Made by a program: the position numbers and the translations under genes. From assembly GCA_963665125.2 (NCBI GenBank), contig CAXXUK010000002.1, positions 512,001 through 576,000 of the forward strand: 64,000 bases of DNA, given 5' to 3'. The notes beneath the pieces were generated by a model. The model saw only the letters and a list, made by a program, of their open reading frames with translations. It was not told the DNA's origin and made no database searches. Below are positions 18,836-29,068 of this stretch, one piece after another; the stretch's first letter is position 1, and the number at the start of each line of letters is the position of its first letter. Source of the DNA: an uncultured Desulfarculus sp. GTDB lineage: Bacteria > Desulfobacterota > Desulfarculia > Desulfarculales > Desulfarculaceae.

Positions 18836-19782
18836 TCGGCCTTTTCGTCAAATTCGAGCCTGCGCTGGCTGCGCTGCACCTCGGCCAGCATCTTGCGCTG
18901 GGTGCTGAAGGAATTGAGCACCAGACCGGCGAACCAGCACTGAAAGGCGATGAACATCAGTACGGCCATGACCACCAGGCTGGGCACATGAGCCCTGGTG
19001 CTGCCTTCCCAATACAACACCAGCCAGCGGAAGGCCAGCAGCAGCGACCCGGCAAAGGGCACCGCGCCCAATATGGAAAAGAAATACAGCGGCCTGTAAA
19101 AGACCAGCGAGCGGACGATGGTGGACATGGAGCGCTTTAGATAGCTGGGGATGCTTTTAACCAGGCGGGATTCACGCGTGGACGGATTGGTGCGGATGGG
19201 CACCCACTTGATGATCAGGTTTTCAGACCCGGCCTGGATGATCGTTTCCAAGGTGTAGGTGTAGTCGTCGAATACGTTGAGGCTCAGGGCCGTTTTGCGG
19301 TTCATGGCCCGGAACCCGCTGGGCGCGTCTGGGATGTCCGTTCCGCTGGCCTTGCGCACGACCAAACTGCCCAGACCTTGAAGCAAGCGCTTGATGGCCG
19401 AAAATTCCATTGTTTCCTTGATGGGCCTGGCGCCGATGATGAAGTCGGCCTGGCCGTCGAGGATCGGCTGGATCAGCTTGGGGATGTCGTCGGCGTTGTA
19501 CTGGTTGTCGGCGTCGGTGTTGACGATGATGTCGGCCCCGGCCCGCAGGCTGGCCTCCAGCCCTGACATGAAGGCGTTGGCCAGGCCTTTGTTGGGCTTG
19601 ACGGTGACCACGTGATCCACACCGGCGGCCCTGGCGGCGGCCACTGTGCCGTCTGTGGAGCCGTCATCGACGATGAGCCATTCAATGGCGTCCACGCCAG
19701 GAAGCCTCCGGGGCAGACAGGCCAGGGTGCTCGCGATATTGTCCTCTTCATTGTAACAGGGGATCTGGATAATTAGCTTCAT
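18832..19782 (-). CDS. Glycosyltransferase family 2 (polyprenyl-phosphate glycosyltransferase-like)
   Basis: IPCYNEE, VDDGSTD, NTDADNQY, SGFRA and two C-terminal TM helices. Confidence 0.9.
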   Translation of the reverse strand: MKLIIQIPCYNEEDNIASTLACLPRRLPGVDAIEWLIVDDGSTDGTVAAARAAGVDHVVTVKPNKGLANAFMSGLEASLRAGADIIVNTDADNQYNADDIPKLIQPILDGQADFIIGARPIKETMEFSAIKRLLQGLGSLVVRKASGTDIPDAPSGFRAMNRKTALSLNVFDDYTYTLETIIQAGSENLIIKWVPIRTNPSTRESRLVKSIPSYLKRSMSTIVRSLVFYRPLYFFSILGAVPFAGSLLLAFRWLVLYWEGSTRAHVPSLVVMAVLMFIAFQCWFAGLVLNSFSTQRKMLAEVQRSQRRLEFDEKAD

Positions 19783-19831
19783 ATCGGGCACCTCTTAAAA
19801 ACGAGCACTTGGGTTATTTAGCCTGCACCGG

Positions 19832-22576
19832 CTATTGCCCCGCCGGTCCGCGCAGGACCAGGCGCTCCACCGACCACCACCACTTGGCCTCGGAGGTATC
19901 CAGGGCAAGCCTAATATAGCGGGCTTCCAAGCCGTTGCCCAGCCGGTACACATTGAGCGGGCCGGAGCGGGCCAGCGGAATCTGGCCGCTGAAGACCAAT
20001 GGACCGGCCAGTCGGATCTGTATCTTCTGCCAGTTTTGGCCGTCGTCAGAGGCCCAGGCGGCCAACCCCCTGGGAAAATCATTGTAATAGTTCGGGTTGT
20101 GCAGTTCCAGCCATTCCACGGGCTGCACCGTGCCCAGGTCGATATCCAGGGACGCGCCCTGATTTTGAGGTTTCTGGCTGGACCAGACTACCTGTTTGCC
20201 GTCTTCGGCCAGGGCCGCGGCGTTGGCCGAATCAACGGCTGCGCTTACGGCCGCCGGTTTTATCGGTATGCCCGTGTTTCGGCCCGAAAGTTCGAAGATG
20301 ATATAGCGCCCGGCCTTGTGCTTTTTGAAGCCGACGCCCCAACGCTCCAGGGCCTGCTCGGTGATCGGGGCCTCGGCGGCGTCGGCCACCACGGCGTTGC
20401 CCGGACCGGGTTCGACAACGGGCCACTCGCCCTTGGGGACCACCATCGCGCCGGTGTTGTCAATGGCCTGGGTCACGGTTATCCACGGCTGGTAATCGAG
20501 CTCGATTCGCAGCAGGGCGGCGGGCCAGGCGTCGGCATATATCCGCGCCGGTTTGAGGGCCTCCACGGTCCGCACGAGCTGTTGGCCGCTGTCGGGCCAT
20601 GACGGAACGGCCTGTCGTGTCTTTTGCGGCTCCCAGGCCAGGACCTCCTGCACCGTCCAGGGCAATTCGGACTTTCCGGCGTGGGTGACGCGCAGATACC
20701 TGACAGGCTTGGCGGGCCAGTAACTCTCCACCCTGATGTGCACGGTGCGCATGAAGGCGTGCGGCCCGGACATGTAGAACGGGCCCCAGTAATTGGCTGC
20801 CTGGCGCAAGACGGAATACGTCTTTCCGTCGGTGGAGGCCTCTATCTTCAGGCCTGCGGGGACCTGCTCGTGCTCCATGGGGATCAGGGCAATGCCGCTC
20901 AGGGTTTGCTCTTGCCCCAGATCCAGGACAAAACCCTGACCCGCCCGGGCCGCCTTTACCGTTGAAAAACCGGTGGACAGGTCGCCGTCGCTGAGGAAAC
21001 AGCCCAGGTCGGCTCCGTCGGTGGCCGAAGCCCGCCAGGACTCACGCTGCAACAAACCGCCCTTGTCGGGCTGGCCAAAGCCCCAATATGATTTGCGGCT
21101 GGCCACCACGCCATTGTTGTAGGGCAGGCCCAGTAACCGGGCCGATTCTTCCAGGTTGACACCGTAGTAGAGAGGGTCCGGGCTGGCGTCGACCATGTGG
21201 CCGTCCATGGGTTTACGGGCCTTCCAGTTATGCACTACAAGCGGATCGCCGTTGGTGTAATAACCCAGCCGCCAGCTGTCTTGGGCATACATCGTTTTGA
21301 TTCCGGTTTGGCGCAGCACTTGGGCCTGGCCTCTGTGCATGGCGTCCAAGTTGTATTGTCTGGCCGGTGAGCCGAAAAATGGCCTGCCGAGATGTGAGTA
21401 GCTGCAATAGCCGGTCACGCTTATGAAGATGATCAATACCGGAAGCAGCATCGCCGCCGGCCTGGCATGCCTGATCATCCAGGTCATCGCCAGGCTAAGG
21501 CAAACGGGCAGCACCAGATACAACGACAACAGGTATGCCTGGTTGAACGAGGACAGGGCGTCGCCGTAGATGCTGAAAACCAAAATGGCGAAATAGGCGG
21601 CAAATATTAAGGGAAACAATAATGAGGAGCCTGGGTTGCCCTTGACTCCCTTGACAATCAGGCCGGTGAGGCCCGCCGCCAAAATCGCCAGCATCACAAG
21701 GTAGACAATGAACATCAACGAGTCAGGGGTGACGGTACCGCCGACTGCGGGAGTGCTGAAACCCAGGATGATGGGCAGGGCGTTGGAAAAAAGGCCCTGA
21801 ACATGGGGCGGAAAGTAATGCCAACCGTATACGTTCACCTGTTGGCCGTAGGAGCTGTGGGCCGTGAGCAGGTAGTAGGCCAGCGGCAGCCCGCCCACGA
21901 CCCCGCCGAAGAAAAAGGCGGACAGGTTCAGCGGCCTGATTCGTTTCCAGGCGCCAAAAAGCAATAACAGGGTGCAGGCCAGAAACACTCCGATGGTCTG
22001 CGGGTGGGTGTAGAGCATCGCCCCGGCCGCCAGGCCCCAGCCGAAGGCCCTGCCAGCTGTCCATCGGGGCCGGTCCCACAACTCCACGGTCAACAGAATC
22101 AACACCGCGCTAAGGAGCACGCCAAGGGAGTAATGGGTTTGGGCATAGCCGCAGTAAAACATCCAAAAGGCAGGCGGGACGGCCATGGACATTAGACCCA
22201 CCGCCACGCCCCAGGGCCCGGCAAAACGCTTCAACACCCGGTGCATGATAATCATGACCCCCATGGAAAACAGCGGGGGCCAGAGATTGAGAATATACGA
22301 GGAGGGGCCGAACAGGTAGATCAGCGGGGCGCTGAGCAGGGCGTCATAGGTGCCCATGTGGTTTTTGCCCAGCAGGAACAGCGGGAAATTGCCCCGCAGG
22401 AATTCCTCGGCCGTGCTGCCGATGAGGCAGTTTTCAGCGGACAACCCGGCGGACAAATAGCGGAACACGCGCAATAAGACTGCCACGCAGTAAATACCGG
22501 CGATAACGGCCGGATAAAACCTGGGAATTTGACTGGTTCGGTTATCAACCGACGCAGTGGCGTTTTGCTTGATCAT
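19832..22576 (-). CDS. GT-C-type (PMT/ArnT-like) membrane glycosyltransferase with two C-terminal discoidin (F5/8C) domains
   Basis: Multi-TM N-terminal half; two LDLG...(S)xDGxx(Y/W) discoidin-like motifs. Confidence 0.65.
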   Translation of the reverse strand: MIKQNATASVDNRTSQIPRFYPAVIAGIYCVAVLLRVFRYLSAGLSAENCLIGSTAEEFLRGNFPLFLLGKNHMGTYDALLSAPLIYLFGPSSYILNLWPPLFSMGVMIIMHRVLKRFAGPWGVAVGLMSMAVPPAFWMFYCGYAQTHYSLGVLLSAVLILLTVELWDRPRWTAGRAFGWGLAAGAMLYTHPQTIGVFLACTLLLLFGAWKRIRPLNLSAFFFGGVVGGLPLAYYLLTAHSSYGQQVNVYGWHYFPPHVQGLFSNALPIILGFSTPAVGGTVTPDSLMFIVYLVMLAILAAGLTGLIVKGVKGNPGSSLLFPLIFAAYFAILVFSIYGDALSSFNQAYLLSLYLVLPVCLSLAMTWMIRHARPAAMLLPVLIIFISVTGYCSYSHLGRPFFGSPARQYNLDAMHRGQAQVLRQTGIKTMYAQDSWRLGYYTNGDPLVVHNWKARKPMDGHMVDASPDPLYYGVNLEESARLLGLPYNNGVVASRKSYWGFGQPDKGGLLQRESWRASATDGADLGCFLSDGDLSTGFSTVKAARAGQGFVLDLGQEQTLSGIALIPMEHEQVPAGLKIEASTDGKTYSVLRQAANYWGPFYMSGPHAFMRTVHIRVESYWPAKPVRYLRVTHAGKSELPWTVQEVLAWEPQKTRQAVPSWPDSGQQLVRTVEALKPARIYADAWPAALLRIELDYQPWITVTQAIDNTGAMVVPKGEWPVVEPGPGNAVVADAAEAPITEQALERWGVGFKKHKAGRYIIFELSGRNTGIPIKPAAVSAAVDSANAAALAEDGKQVVWSSQKPQNQGASLDIDLGTVQPVEWLELHNPNYYNDFPRGLAAWASDDGQNWQKIQIRLAGPLVFSGQIPLARSGPLNVYRLGNGLEARYIRLALDTSEAKWWWSVERLVLRGPAGQ

Positions 22577-22797
22577 TGCCCGGCCAGCTCAATAGACGTG
22601 TTTGAAAATATTATGGTTATCGCGCCCATGGTCGCCATGACCTAGCACTATAGCCTACTTTGACCCGGCGGGCAAAACCAAAGGCTGCTCCACGAACATA
22701 GAGGAAATGACCGGCGGACGGCGGGGCCGCCAGGGCGGTTCCGGCCCTGTCCAGCCTCCCGGAGCGCGGGGACGGACAGGGCCATAACGGCTTGGCG

Positions 22798-23586
22798 TCA
22801 GCCCCTGGAGCCCAGGCGCAGACCGCCGTGGATGAAGAAGACCTCTCCGGCCAGGGCCTCGTTGCGGTACAACTCGCCCACCAGGGAGGCCACCTCCTCG
22901 GGCTCGATGAGCCTGCCGATGGGCACCTCGCCCAAAATCTTGTCCAGGGCGGCCTGATTCATGCCCTTGACCATTTCCGTGCCAACGTAACCCGGAGCAA
23001 CGGCCACGCAGCGGATGCGGCCCGAGAGCCCCTTGCGCAGGAATTCGGCGGTGATCACCTTGGGCATCACCGACATGGCCGCCTTGGTGGAGGCATAGTT
23101 GATCTGCCCGGCAGTGCCCAGCGAGCCGGTGGAGGAGATCAGGCAGATCAGGCCCGAACAATCGTTGTCGACCATGCGCTGGGCGCACTCCCGGATGGTC
23201 AGGAACACGCCGGTGAGGTTGATGTCCACGACCTTTTCAAAGTCGGCCAGGGCCATCTTTTTCTTGACCTTGCCCGTCTCGCGGTCGGTGGCCAAGAGCA
23301 GGCCGTCGCGGATGATCCCGGCAAATGGCGCCACCAGGTTGATGGCCCCGAATTTTTCAAGGGCCAGTTCGGCCAGGGCGGCGTTGTCGTCCTCGCTGGT
23401 CACGTTGCAGGCCAAGACAGCCGCCTTGTCCGGGCCGAATTCGTCCAGAGCTCTTTGCAGGGCGCCCTGGTCCACGTCGGCCAACACGACCTTGCCGCCG
23501 CCGCCCACCCAATAGCGGGCCAGGGCCAGGCCGATGCCCCCGGCGCCACCGGTTATAACCGCAACGGAATCCTTGATTTGCAGCAT
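22798..23586 (-). CDS. Short-chain dehydrogenase/reductase (3-oxoacyl-CoA/ACP reductase-like)
   Basis: TGGAGGIG, catalytic YASTK, APGYVGT. Confidence 0.9.
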   Translation of the reverse strand: MLQIKDSVAVITGGAGGIGLALARYWVGGGGKVVLADVDQGALQRALDEFGPDKAAVLACNVTSEDDNAALAELALEKFGAINLVAPFAGIIRDGLLLATDRETGKVKKKMALADFEKVVDINLTGVFLTIRECAQRMVDNDCSGLICLISSTGSLGTAGQINYASTKAAMSVMPKVITAEFLRKGLSGRIRCVAVAPGYVGTEMVKGMNQAALDKILGEVPIGRLIEPEEVASLVGELYRNEALAGEVFFIHGGLRLGSRG

Positions 23587-23606
23587 GTTTGTTTCACCTT
23601 TCTTTA

Positions 23607-25631
23607 TTAATCGCCTGAATTTTCATCAGAATCGTTATTCTTCAACGCGGCCGCGGCCTTGTCCCGGCTGTCGAAAAACTCCGGCTTGAGCTTGCGCTTG
23701 GCCAGGGCGTCGCCCAGCTTGACCCGCAGGAAGGCGCTGGTGGTGTAGCGGGTCACGCCGCTGTAGTAGGCGTCCACCACCTGGCGGACCATGTCCGAGT
23801 AGGCGTCCACCAGTTCCGGCACGATGCTGAAGTCGTCGTAGTCCACGATGGCGTAGACCTTGTGGCCCAGGCCGGAAAGGTTTTTGTCCACCTGGTCCCG
23901 GATGTCTTCGATGACCTGGAGGGAGTGCACTGAAAAGCCCTTGAAATTGACGAAGAAAATGTTCTGGTCCGGGTCGTAGACCAGCCGCTTTTCCAGGGGC
24001 AGGGCCAGCATGTCCCGGCCCAGGCCCATGGGCTGGTCCCGGAAAATGCGCGGGTCCATCAGCCTGGGTTGGCCGTTCATGACCGGCGCGAAATCCATCT
24101 GGTCCAGGATGTCGCGTTGCAGGTCGACGCCCGGCGCGATTTCGGTCAGTTCCATGCCCCGGCCGGTGAGGCGGAACACGCAGCGCTCGGTTATGTAGAG
24201 GATCGGGCGGCCCGATTCGGCTGCCAGGTCGCCGCTGAAGGTGACCTGTTCCACCCGTTTGACGAATTTTTTGGAGCTTCCCTCCCTCACGATGTTCAGC
24301 CCGCCGCCGATGATCTCCACCTGGAGCCCGCCAGCGGTGAAGGTGCCCACGAAGACGACCTTTTTGGCGTTTTGGCTGATGTTGATGAAACCGCCCGCCC
24401 CGGCCAACCTGGGGCCGAAGCGGCTCACGTTGAGGTCGCCCAGTTCATCGGCCTGGGCCAGGCCCAAAAAGGCGATGTCCAGGCCGCCGCCGTCGTAAAA
24501 GTCGAACTGGGCGGGCTGGTCTATGAGGGCGTCGGTGTTGGAGGCCGCCCCGAAATTGAGCCCTCCGGCCGGCACTCCGCCGATGACGCCGGGCTCGGCG
24601 GTGAGGGTCAGGAAGTCCAGCACGTGTTCCTCGTTGGCCACGTTGGCGATGCCCTCGGGCATGCCGATGCCCAGGTTGACCACATCACCGCTTTGCAGCT
24701 CAAAGGCGGCCCGCCGGGCGATGACCTTGCGCGGGCTCATGTCCATGGGCTGGATGGCCGTCAGCGGTTCGCGGATCTCGCCGCTAAAGGACGGGTTGTG
24801 GACCGAGGCGAAGGTCTGCCAGTGGTTTTCCGGCTGGGACTGCACCACGCAGTCGACCATCACGCCGGGGATGCGCACCTGACGTGAGCTGAGGGTGTGG
24901 CGGTCGGCGATGCGCTCCACCTGGACGATGACGATGCCCCCGGAGTTGCGGGCCGCCGTGGCGATGGCCAGCGATTCCAGGTACAGGGCCTCGCGCTCCA
25001 TGGTGATGTTGCCGTCCAGGTCGGCGGTGGTGCCCCGCAGGATGGCCACGTTGATGGGAAAGGTCTTGTAGGCCAGGTATTCCCGGCCGTCGAATTCGAT
25101 AAGCTCCACCAGGTCCTGGGTCGTGGCCGCGTTGATCTTGCCGCCGCCCTTGCGCGGGTCCACGAAGGTGCCCAGGCCAACGTGGGTGATGGTCCGGGGC
25201 TTGCCCGCGGCGATGTCGCGGTACATGTGGGTGATCACGCCCTGGGGCAGGTTGTAGGCCTGAATCTTGTTGTCCACGGCCAATTTTTGCAGCTTGGGCA
25301 CCAGGCCCCAGTGACCTCCCACCACCCTGGAGACCAGCCCCTCGCTGCCCAGGTGGTTGAGCCCGCGGTCGCCGCCGTCGCCCTGGCCCGCGGCGTAGAC
25401 CAGGGTCAGGTCCCTGGGGCGGCCTTCCTTTAGGTAGCGCTCCTCCAGGGCGATGATCACCTGCTCGGGAATGCCGATGCCCACGAAGCCGCCCGTGGCC
25501 ACGGTGTCGCCGTCGCTGATAAGGCGCACGGCCTCCTCGGCGGTGACGACCTTGCCCTTGGGCGCGCTCTGGGGAGTCAGGCCCGAAAGCATGGGGTGGG
25601 TTTGGCCTACAAGGGGTTTTTTATGGAGCAT
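23607..25631 (-). CDS. Family I acyl-CoA:acetate CoA-transferase (YdiF/Pct type, fused subunits)
   Basis: [19 protein letters not shown], catalytic [22 protein letters not shown]. Confidence 0.9.
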   Translation of the reverse strand: MLHKKPLVGQTHPMLSGLTPQSAPKGKVVTAEEAVRLISDGDTVATGGFVGIGIPEQVIIALEERYLKEGRPRDLTLVYAAGQGDGGDRGLNHLGSEGLVSRVVGGHWGLVPKLQKLAVDNKIQAYNLPQGVITHMYRDIAAGKPRTITHVGLGTFVDPRKGGGKINAATTQDLVELIEFDGREYLAYKTFPINVAILRGTTADLDGNITMEREALYLESLAIATAARNSGGIVIVQVERIADRHTLSSRQVRIPGVMVDCVVQSQPENHWQTFASVHNPSFSGEIREPLTAIQPMDMSPRKVIARRAAFELQSGDVVNLGIGMPEGIANVANEEHVLDFLTLTAEPGVIGGVPAGGLNFGAASNTDALIDQPAQFDFYDGGGLDIAFLGLAQADELGDLNVSRFGPRLAGAGGFINISQNAKKVVFVGTFTAGGLQVEIIGGGLNIVREGSSKKFVKRVEQVTFSGDLAAESGRPILYITERCVFRLTGRGMELTEIAPGVDLQRDILDQMDFAPVMNGQPRLMDPRIFRDQPMGLGRDMLALPLEKRLVYDPDQNIFFVNFKGFSVHSLQVIEDIRDQVDKNLSGLGHKVYAIVDYDDFSIVPELVDAYSDMVRQVVDAYYSGVTRYTTSAFLRVKLGDALAKRKLKPEFFDSRDKAAAALKNNDSDENSGD

Positions 25632-25736
25632 CTCATCCCTCCTTGCCGCTGGAAAAGGCCTGGCCGGGCGTCATGGCCCGTCACAGCCGCCGGCAAAGCC
25701 GAAAACCAAAAAGGACAGCGGCCGGCATGGCATATA

Positions 25737-25752
25737 GGCAAGAGACGTGCCA
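25737..25752 (-). promoter_or_regulatory. Sigma-54 (-24/-12) promoter for the CoA-transferase/SDR operon
   Basis: Minus strand reads TGGCAC-GTCTC-TTGCC, matching TGGCAC-N5-TTGC, ~105 nt upstream of the ATG; a divergent bEBP gene is adjacent. Confidence 0.85.
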
Positions 25753-25894
25753 CGGCAGCGGCTGGCTCCGGCCCATTACCGGTTGACCGGTGTCTGGGAA
25801 AATTTATTCATATATTCAACAGGTTCGCACAGGTTGGCGCGGATGCGTTGCTGGTGTTTTTCTTTGACTGCGCGGCCTGGGGCAGTATAGCATA

Positions 25895-25930
25895 TGTATC
25901 AATGTGGAGACATGTAGTCTTATGGATACA
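25895..25930. promoter_or_regulatory. Tandem candidate enhancer (UAS) sites TGT-N12-ACA
   Basis: TGTATCAATGTGGAGACA (25895-25912) abuts TGTAGTCTTATGGATACA (25913-25930), ~145-180 nt upstream of the sigma-54 promoter. Confidence 0.55.
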
Positions 25931-25942
25931 CGTGGAGAGACG

Positions 25943-27364
25943 ATGGGCGAGCAAAGCCTGGTCCTGGCCCTGCAACGGCAAGTCGCCGCTTTGCAGGAGC
26001 AGCTGGAGCACAACGAGCTGATCTTCAACCACATCTACAACGGCGCATGCGTTGTCGACGCCAACGGCATCGTCACCCATTTCAACGAGCCCTACGGCCT
26101 GTTCATCGGCGTGGACCCCCGGGAGCAGATTGGCAAACACATCACAGAGGTGGTGGAGAACACGCGTCTGCATATCGTGGCCCGTATGGGCAAGGCCGAG
26201 ATCAACGTGACCCAGCGCATCAAGGGCCAGGACATGGTGGTCCAGCGCATCCCCATCGTCAAAGACGGCGAGGTCATCGGCGTGTTCGGCCAGGTGACCT
26301 TCACGGACGTGCGCGACCTGGGCCGCCTGGTCCAGCGCCTGTCCCTGCTGGAATCCAAGGTGCGGCTCTATGAGCAGGAACTCAGCTCCCTGCGCTCCAC
26401 CCGCTACACCCTGGACAGCCTCAAGGGCTCCAGCCCGGCCATGGACCGGCTAAAGGCCGAGGCCCGCCGGGTGGCCCAGGGCCTGATGCCGGTGTTGATC
26501 AGCGGCGAATCGGGCACGGGCAAGGAGCTGTTCGCCCAGGGCATCCATCAAAGCTCGCCCCGGCGCATGAAGCCGTTCGTGCGCCTCAACTGCGCGGCCA
26601 TCCCAAAGGACCTGTTTGAGTCCGAGCTGTTCGGCTATGCCAAGGGCGCCTTCACCGGGGCCAGGGCCCAGGGTAAGCCGGGCAAGTTCGAACTGGCCCA
26701 CGGCGGGACGATATTTCTGGACGAGATCGGCGAGATGCCCCTGGAAATGCAGCCCAAGCTGCTGCGGGTGTTGGAGGAAAAAGAGATCGAGCGTCTCGGC
26801 GGCACCAGGGTGACCAAGGCCGACTTCCGGCTCATCGCCGCCACCAACCGTGACCTGGAGCTGCTCATCGACCAGGGCCTGTTCCGCCAGGATCTGTACT
26901 ACCGTCTCAACGTGATTCCCTTGCATATCCCGCCCTTGCGGGAGCGCCCCGAAGACATCATGGACCTGGCCCTGAGCTTTCTGGCGGACCTGGGCCGGGA
27001 TTCGGGGGCTGACTACTATCTGGACGACAGCGCCCGGCGGCTGCTTTTGGCTCATCCCTGGCCGGGCAACGGCCGCGAGCTTTTCAACGTGCTGGAACGG
27101 GCTGTCTCCACCGTGACCGGCAACCGCATCGGCGCCGGGGACCTGCCGTTGTATCTGCACAATAACAAGCCGAGGCCCGCGACCGGCGGAGGGCTAAACC
27201 TGAGGCAGCGGATGGACGAGGCCGAAAAACAGGCCCTGGCCGAGGCCCTGGGCGCGGCAAAGGGCAACAAGGCCCGGGCGGCCCGGATGCTGGGCATCCA
27301 CCGCACCCTGCTCTACAAGAAGCTGGCCAAATACGGCATGAGTCCGGAATTGGTTGACATGTAG
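25943..27364 (+). CDS. PAS-domain sigma-54-dependent transcriptional activator (bEBP)
   Basis: [32 protein letters not shown] and C-terminal Fis HTH; ATG 25943 follows GGAGA. Confidence 0.92.
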   Translation: MGEQSLVLALQRQVAALQEQLEHNELIFNHIYNGACVVDANGIVTHFNEPYGLFIGVDPREQIGKHITEVVENTRLHIVARMGKAEINVTQRIKGQDMVVQRIPIVKDGEVIGVFGQVTFTDVRDLGRLVQRLSLLESKVRLYEQELSSLRSTRYTLDSLKGSSPAMDRLKAEARRVAQGLMPVLISGESGTGKELFAQGIHQSSPRRMKPFVRLNCAAIPKDLFESELFGYAKGAFTGARAQGKPGKFELAHGGTIFLDEIGEMPLEMQPKLLRVLEEKEIERLGGTRVTKADFRLIAATNRDLELLIDQGLFRQDLYYRLNVIPLHIPPLRERPEDIMDLALSFLADLGRDSGADYYLDDSARRLLLAHPWPGNGRELFNVLERAVSTVTGNRIGAGDLPLYLHNNKPRPATGGGLNLRQRMDEAEKQALAEALGAAKGNKARAARMLGIHRTLLYKKLAKYGMSPELVDM

Positions 27365-27397
27365 CAAAATAGCTACACTTATCAAATGCGCGATCCG

Positions 27398-28537
27398 TTA
27401 ATATGGCTGGCTGTGCTGGATGATGCGCCTGATCTCATCCCTGAAATAATCGGCCAGGCGGTTGCACTCGGCGTGATCCACCGGCCCGCCCTTGTCGTCA
27501 GGCAGGTCATAGGGGCTGCCCAGCACGAAGATATTTTCGTCGTTGGCCTCGTTGGCCGGTTCGGTGTAGTTCATGCTGCCGCCCACCACGATATCCCGGT
27601 CGATGACCATGAGCTTGTGGTGCAGCTTGCCCAGGCCGGGCAATTGGGCCGGGTCGGGAAAATACACTTCAACGCCCTGGTCGTGCATCCAGTGGGCCGC
27701 CGCCCAGTCCTGGCGCCCCTGGGCCGGGTCCATGGCCCCGCGAATGGCCACACCGGCCCGCTTGAGCATGACCATGGCGTCGTCGATGCCCGAGGAGTCG
27801 GAAAAGGTGAAGATGGCAAACTCAAGCTCGGCGCCGCATTTGAGCATCTGCTTGACCACCTCGATTTCGGGCTCGTCGTCCGGGGCGAAACGGATGCGCA
27901 CCGGCACGCCGTTGATATTTACCGTATCGGTGCGTCTTCGGCGGCGCTGCTGCATCTGGCCGAAGGTCCCCTCGCCAAGCTCGACAAATTCCTGGTTGTA
28001 GATCTTGGCGATGCGCTTGTCGTGAAAGACAACCACGTGGTTCAGGTTGGCGTGGGTGCCCGTGAAGGTGAAGTTGGTGGAGCCGGTGAGTACGGCCGTG
28101 GTGCCCGGAGATCCGGTGGCGTAATCACGGACCATGAATTTTTGATGAAAGATCTTGGGGTTGAGGTCGGCCTTTACGTCGACGCCGCAGCGCAGCAGGG
28201 CGGCCAGTATCTCCCGGTTGACGCCCGTTGCGTATGAGGGCTGCTCCTGCCATTGGGCATCGAGTTTTTGCTGTTCAGTTGCGCCGTCGGGCAGTTCGGG
28301 GTGGTTTTCGGCCTTGAGATAGTCCTGCTCCATGAACATGCGCACCCGCACGCCCCTAAGCCGGGCGTCGAGGATGGCCTGGGCGATGGTCTTGTTGTCC
28401 AATTCCTGGACGGCGATGTCCAGGCTGTTGCGGGCCTGGGCGATAAATCCGACTATCACTGACTCCAGGTTGTCCGGGGCGCCAAGCTCAATGGGCCCGG
28501 CATAGGCCTGGATGGCTCCACCCGCGAAATCCGTCAT
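27398..28537 (-). CDS. Phospholipase D superfamily protein (two HKD motifs)
   Basis: HQKFMVRD...GSTNFT and HHKLMVID...GSMNYT...NDEN. Confidence 0.85.
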   Translation of the reverse strand: MTDFAGGAIQAYAGPIELGAPDNLESVIVGFIAQARNSLDIAVQELDNKTIAQAILDARLRGVRVRMFMEQDYLKAENHPELPDGATEQQKLDAQWQEQPSYATGVNREILAALLRCGVDVKADLNPKIFHQKFMVRDYATGSPGTTAVLTGSTNFTFTGTHANLNHVVVFHDKRIAKIYNQEFVELGEGTFGQMQQRRRRRTDTVNINGVPVRIRFAPDDEPEIEVVKQMLKCGAELEFAIFTFSDSSGIDDAMVMLKRAGVAIRGAMDPAQGRQDWAAAHWMHDQGVEVYFPDPAQLPGLGKLHHKLMVIDRDIVVGGSMNYTEPANEANDENIFVLGSPYDLPDDKGGPVDHAECNRLADYFRDEIRRIIQHSQPY

Positions 28538-28823
28538 GGCTGTCCTCCCCCATGATCAGGCATGATTTTGGGCATCAATGCTGAAAAAATTACATACAGT
28601 ATACAAAAAAATTTCTACTTGAATTTTCTCTTTTCCGTTGCCGGAGTCTTGTTGTTATAACATAAACGGCTGTAATTAATAACGTTGTTATTGTTAACCT
28701 TTAGTGGGTGATTGTTTTTACCCGTTGTTGACGATTGTGGCGATTTGGTGAAAGGGGTTGCGCGGCCGGAATTTTGGGTTTAAGCTTTCCCCAAGTTTAC
28801 ACCTGTCAAGGCGTGGGATAATA

Positions 28824-28958
28824 ATGGCAACAAGGGCCGCACAACTTAGCCGCAATCAGGTCATGGCCGACAGCGGCAATGCCTGGGCCCGCTATTATTA
28901 TTATTACTTTACCACCTCCACCCGGACGGTGTGCTCAAACGGGGTGTCGATGATCTAG
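28824..28958 (+). CDS. Tyr-rich attenuator leader peptide of aroF
   Basis: MATRAAQLSRNQVMADSGNAWARYYYYYFTTSTRTVCSNGVSMI; Tyr codons 28893-28907 followed by Phe; alternative in-frame ATG at 28863. Confidence 0.8.
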   Translation: MATRAAQLSRNQVMADSGNAWARYYYYYFTTSTRTVCSNGVSMI

Positions 28959-29019
28959 ATCAAACCCCAGCTCAAGCGAACACAGCCCACCGTCTGAATG
29001 GACGGTGGGTTTTTTATTT
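28911..29019 (+). promoter_or_regulatory. Transcription attenuator (mutually exclusive 1:2, 2:3 and 3:4 stems)
   Basis: Segment 2 GGACGGTGTGCT (28924-28935) can pair with upstream CACCTCC or with AGCCCACCGTCT (28984-28995), the 5' arm of the terminator. Confidence 0.75.
28984..29019 (+). terminator. Intrinsic terminator of the aroF leader
   Basis: AGCCCACCGTC-TGAATG-GACGGTGGGTT stem-loop followed by TTTTTATTT, 50 nt before the aroF ATG. Confidence 0.85.
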
Positions 29020-29068
29020 GCTCGGACTATAAAAAAAGCGAAACCATTTAAAGGAAAAGAGCGGAAAA

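Noticed and set aside
28758..28823. TTG-initiated 66-aa version of the leader ORF and the frame-shifted ORF at 29005-29202
   Set aside because: The upstream extension overlaps the probable promoter region and lacks an RBS; the second ORF starts inside the terminator and overlaps aroF out of frame.
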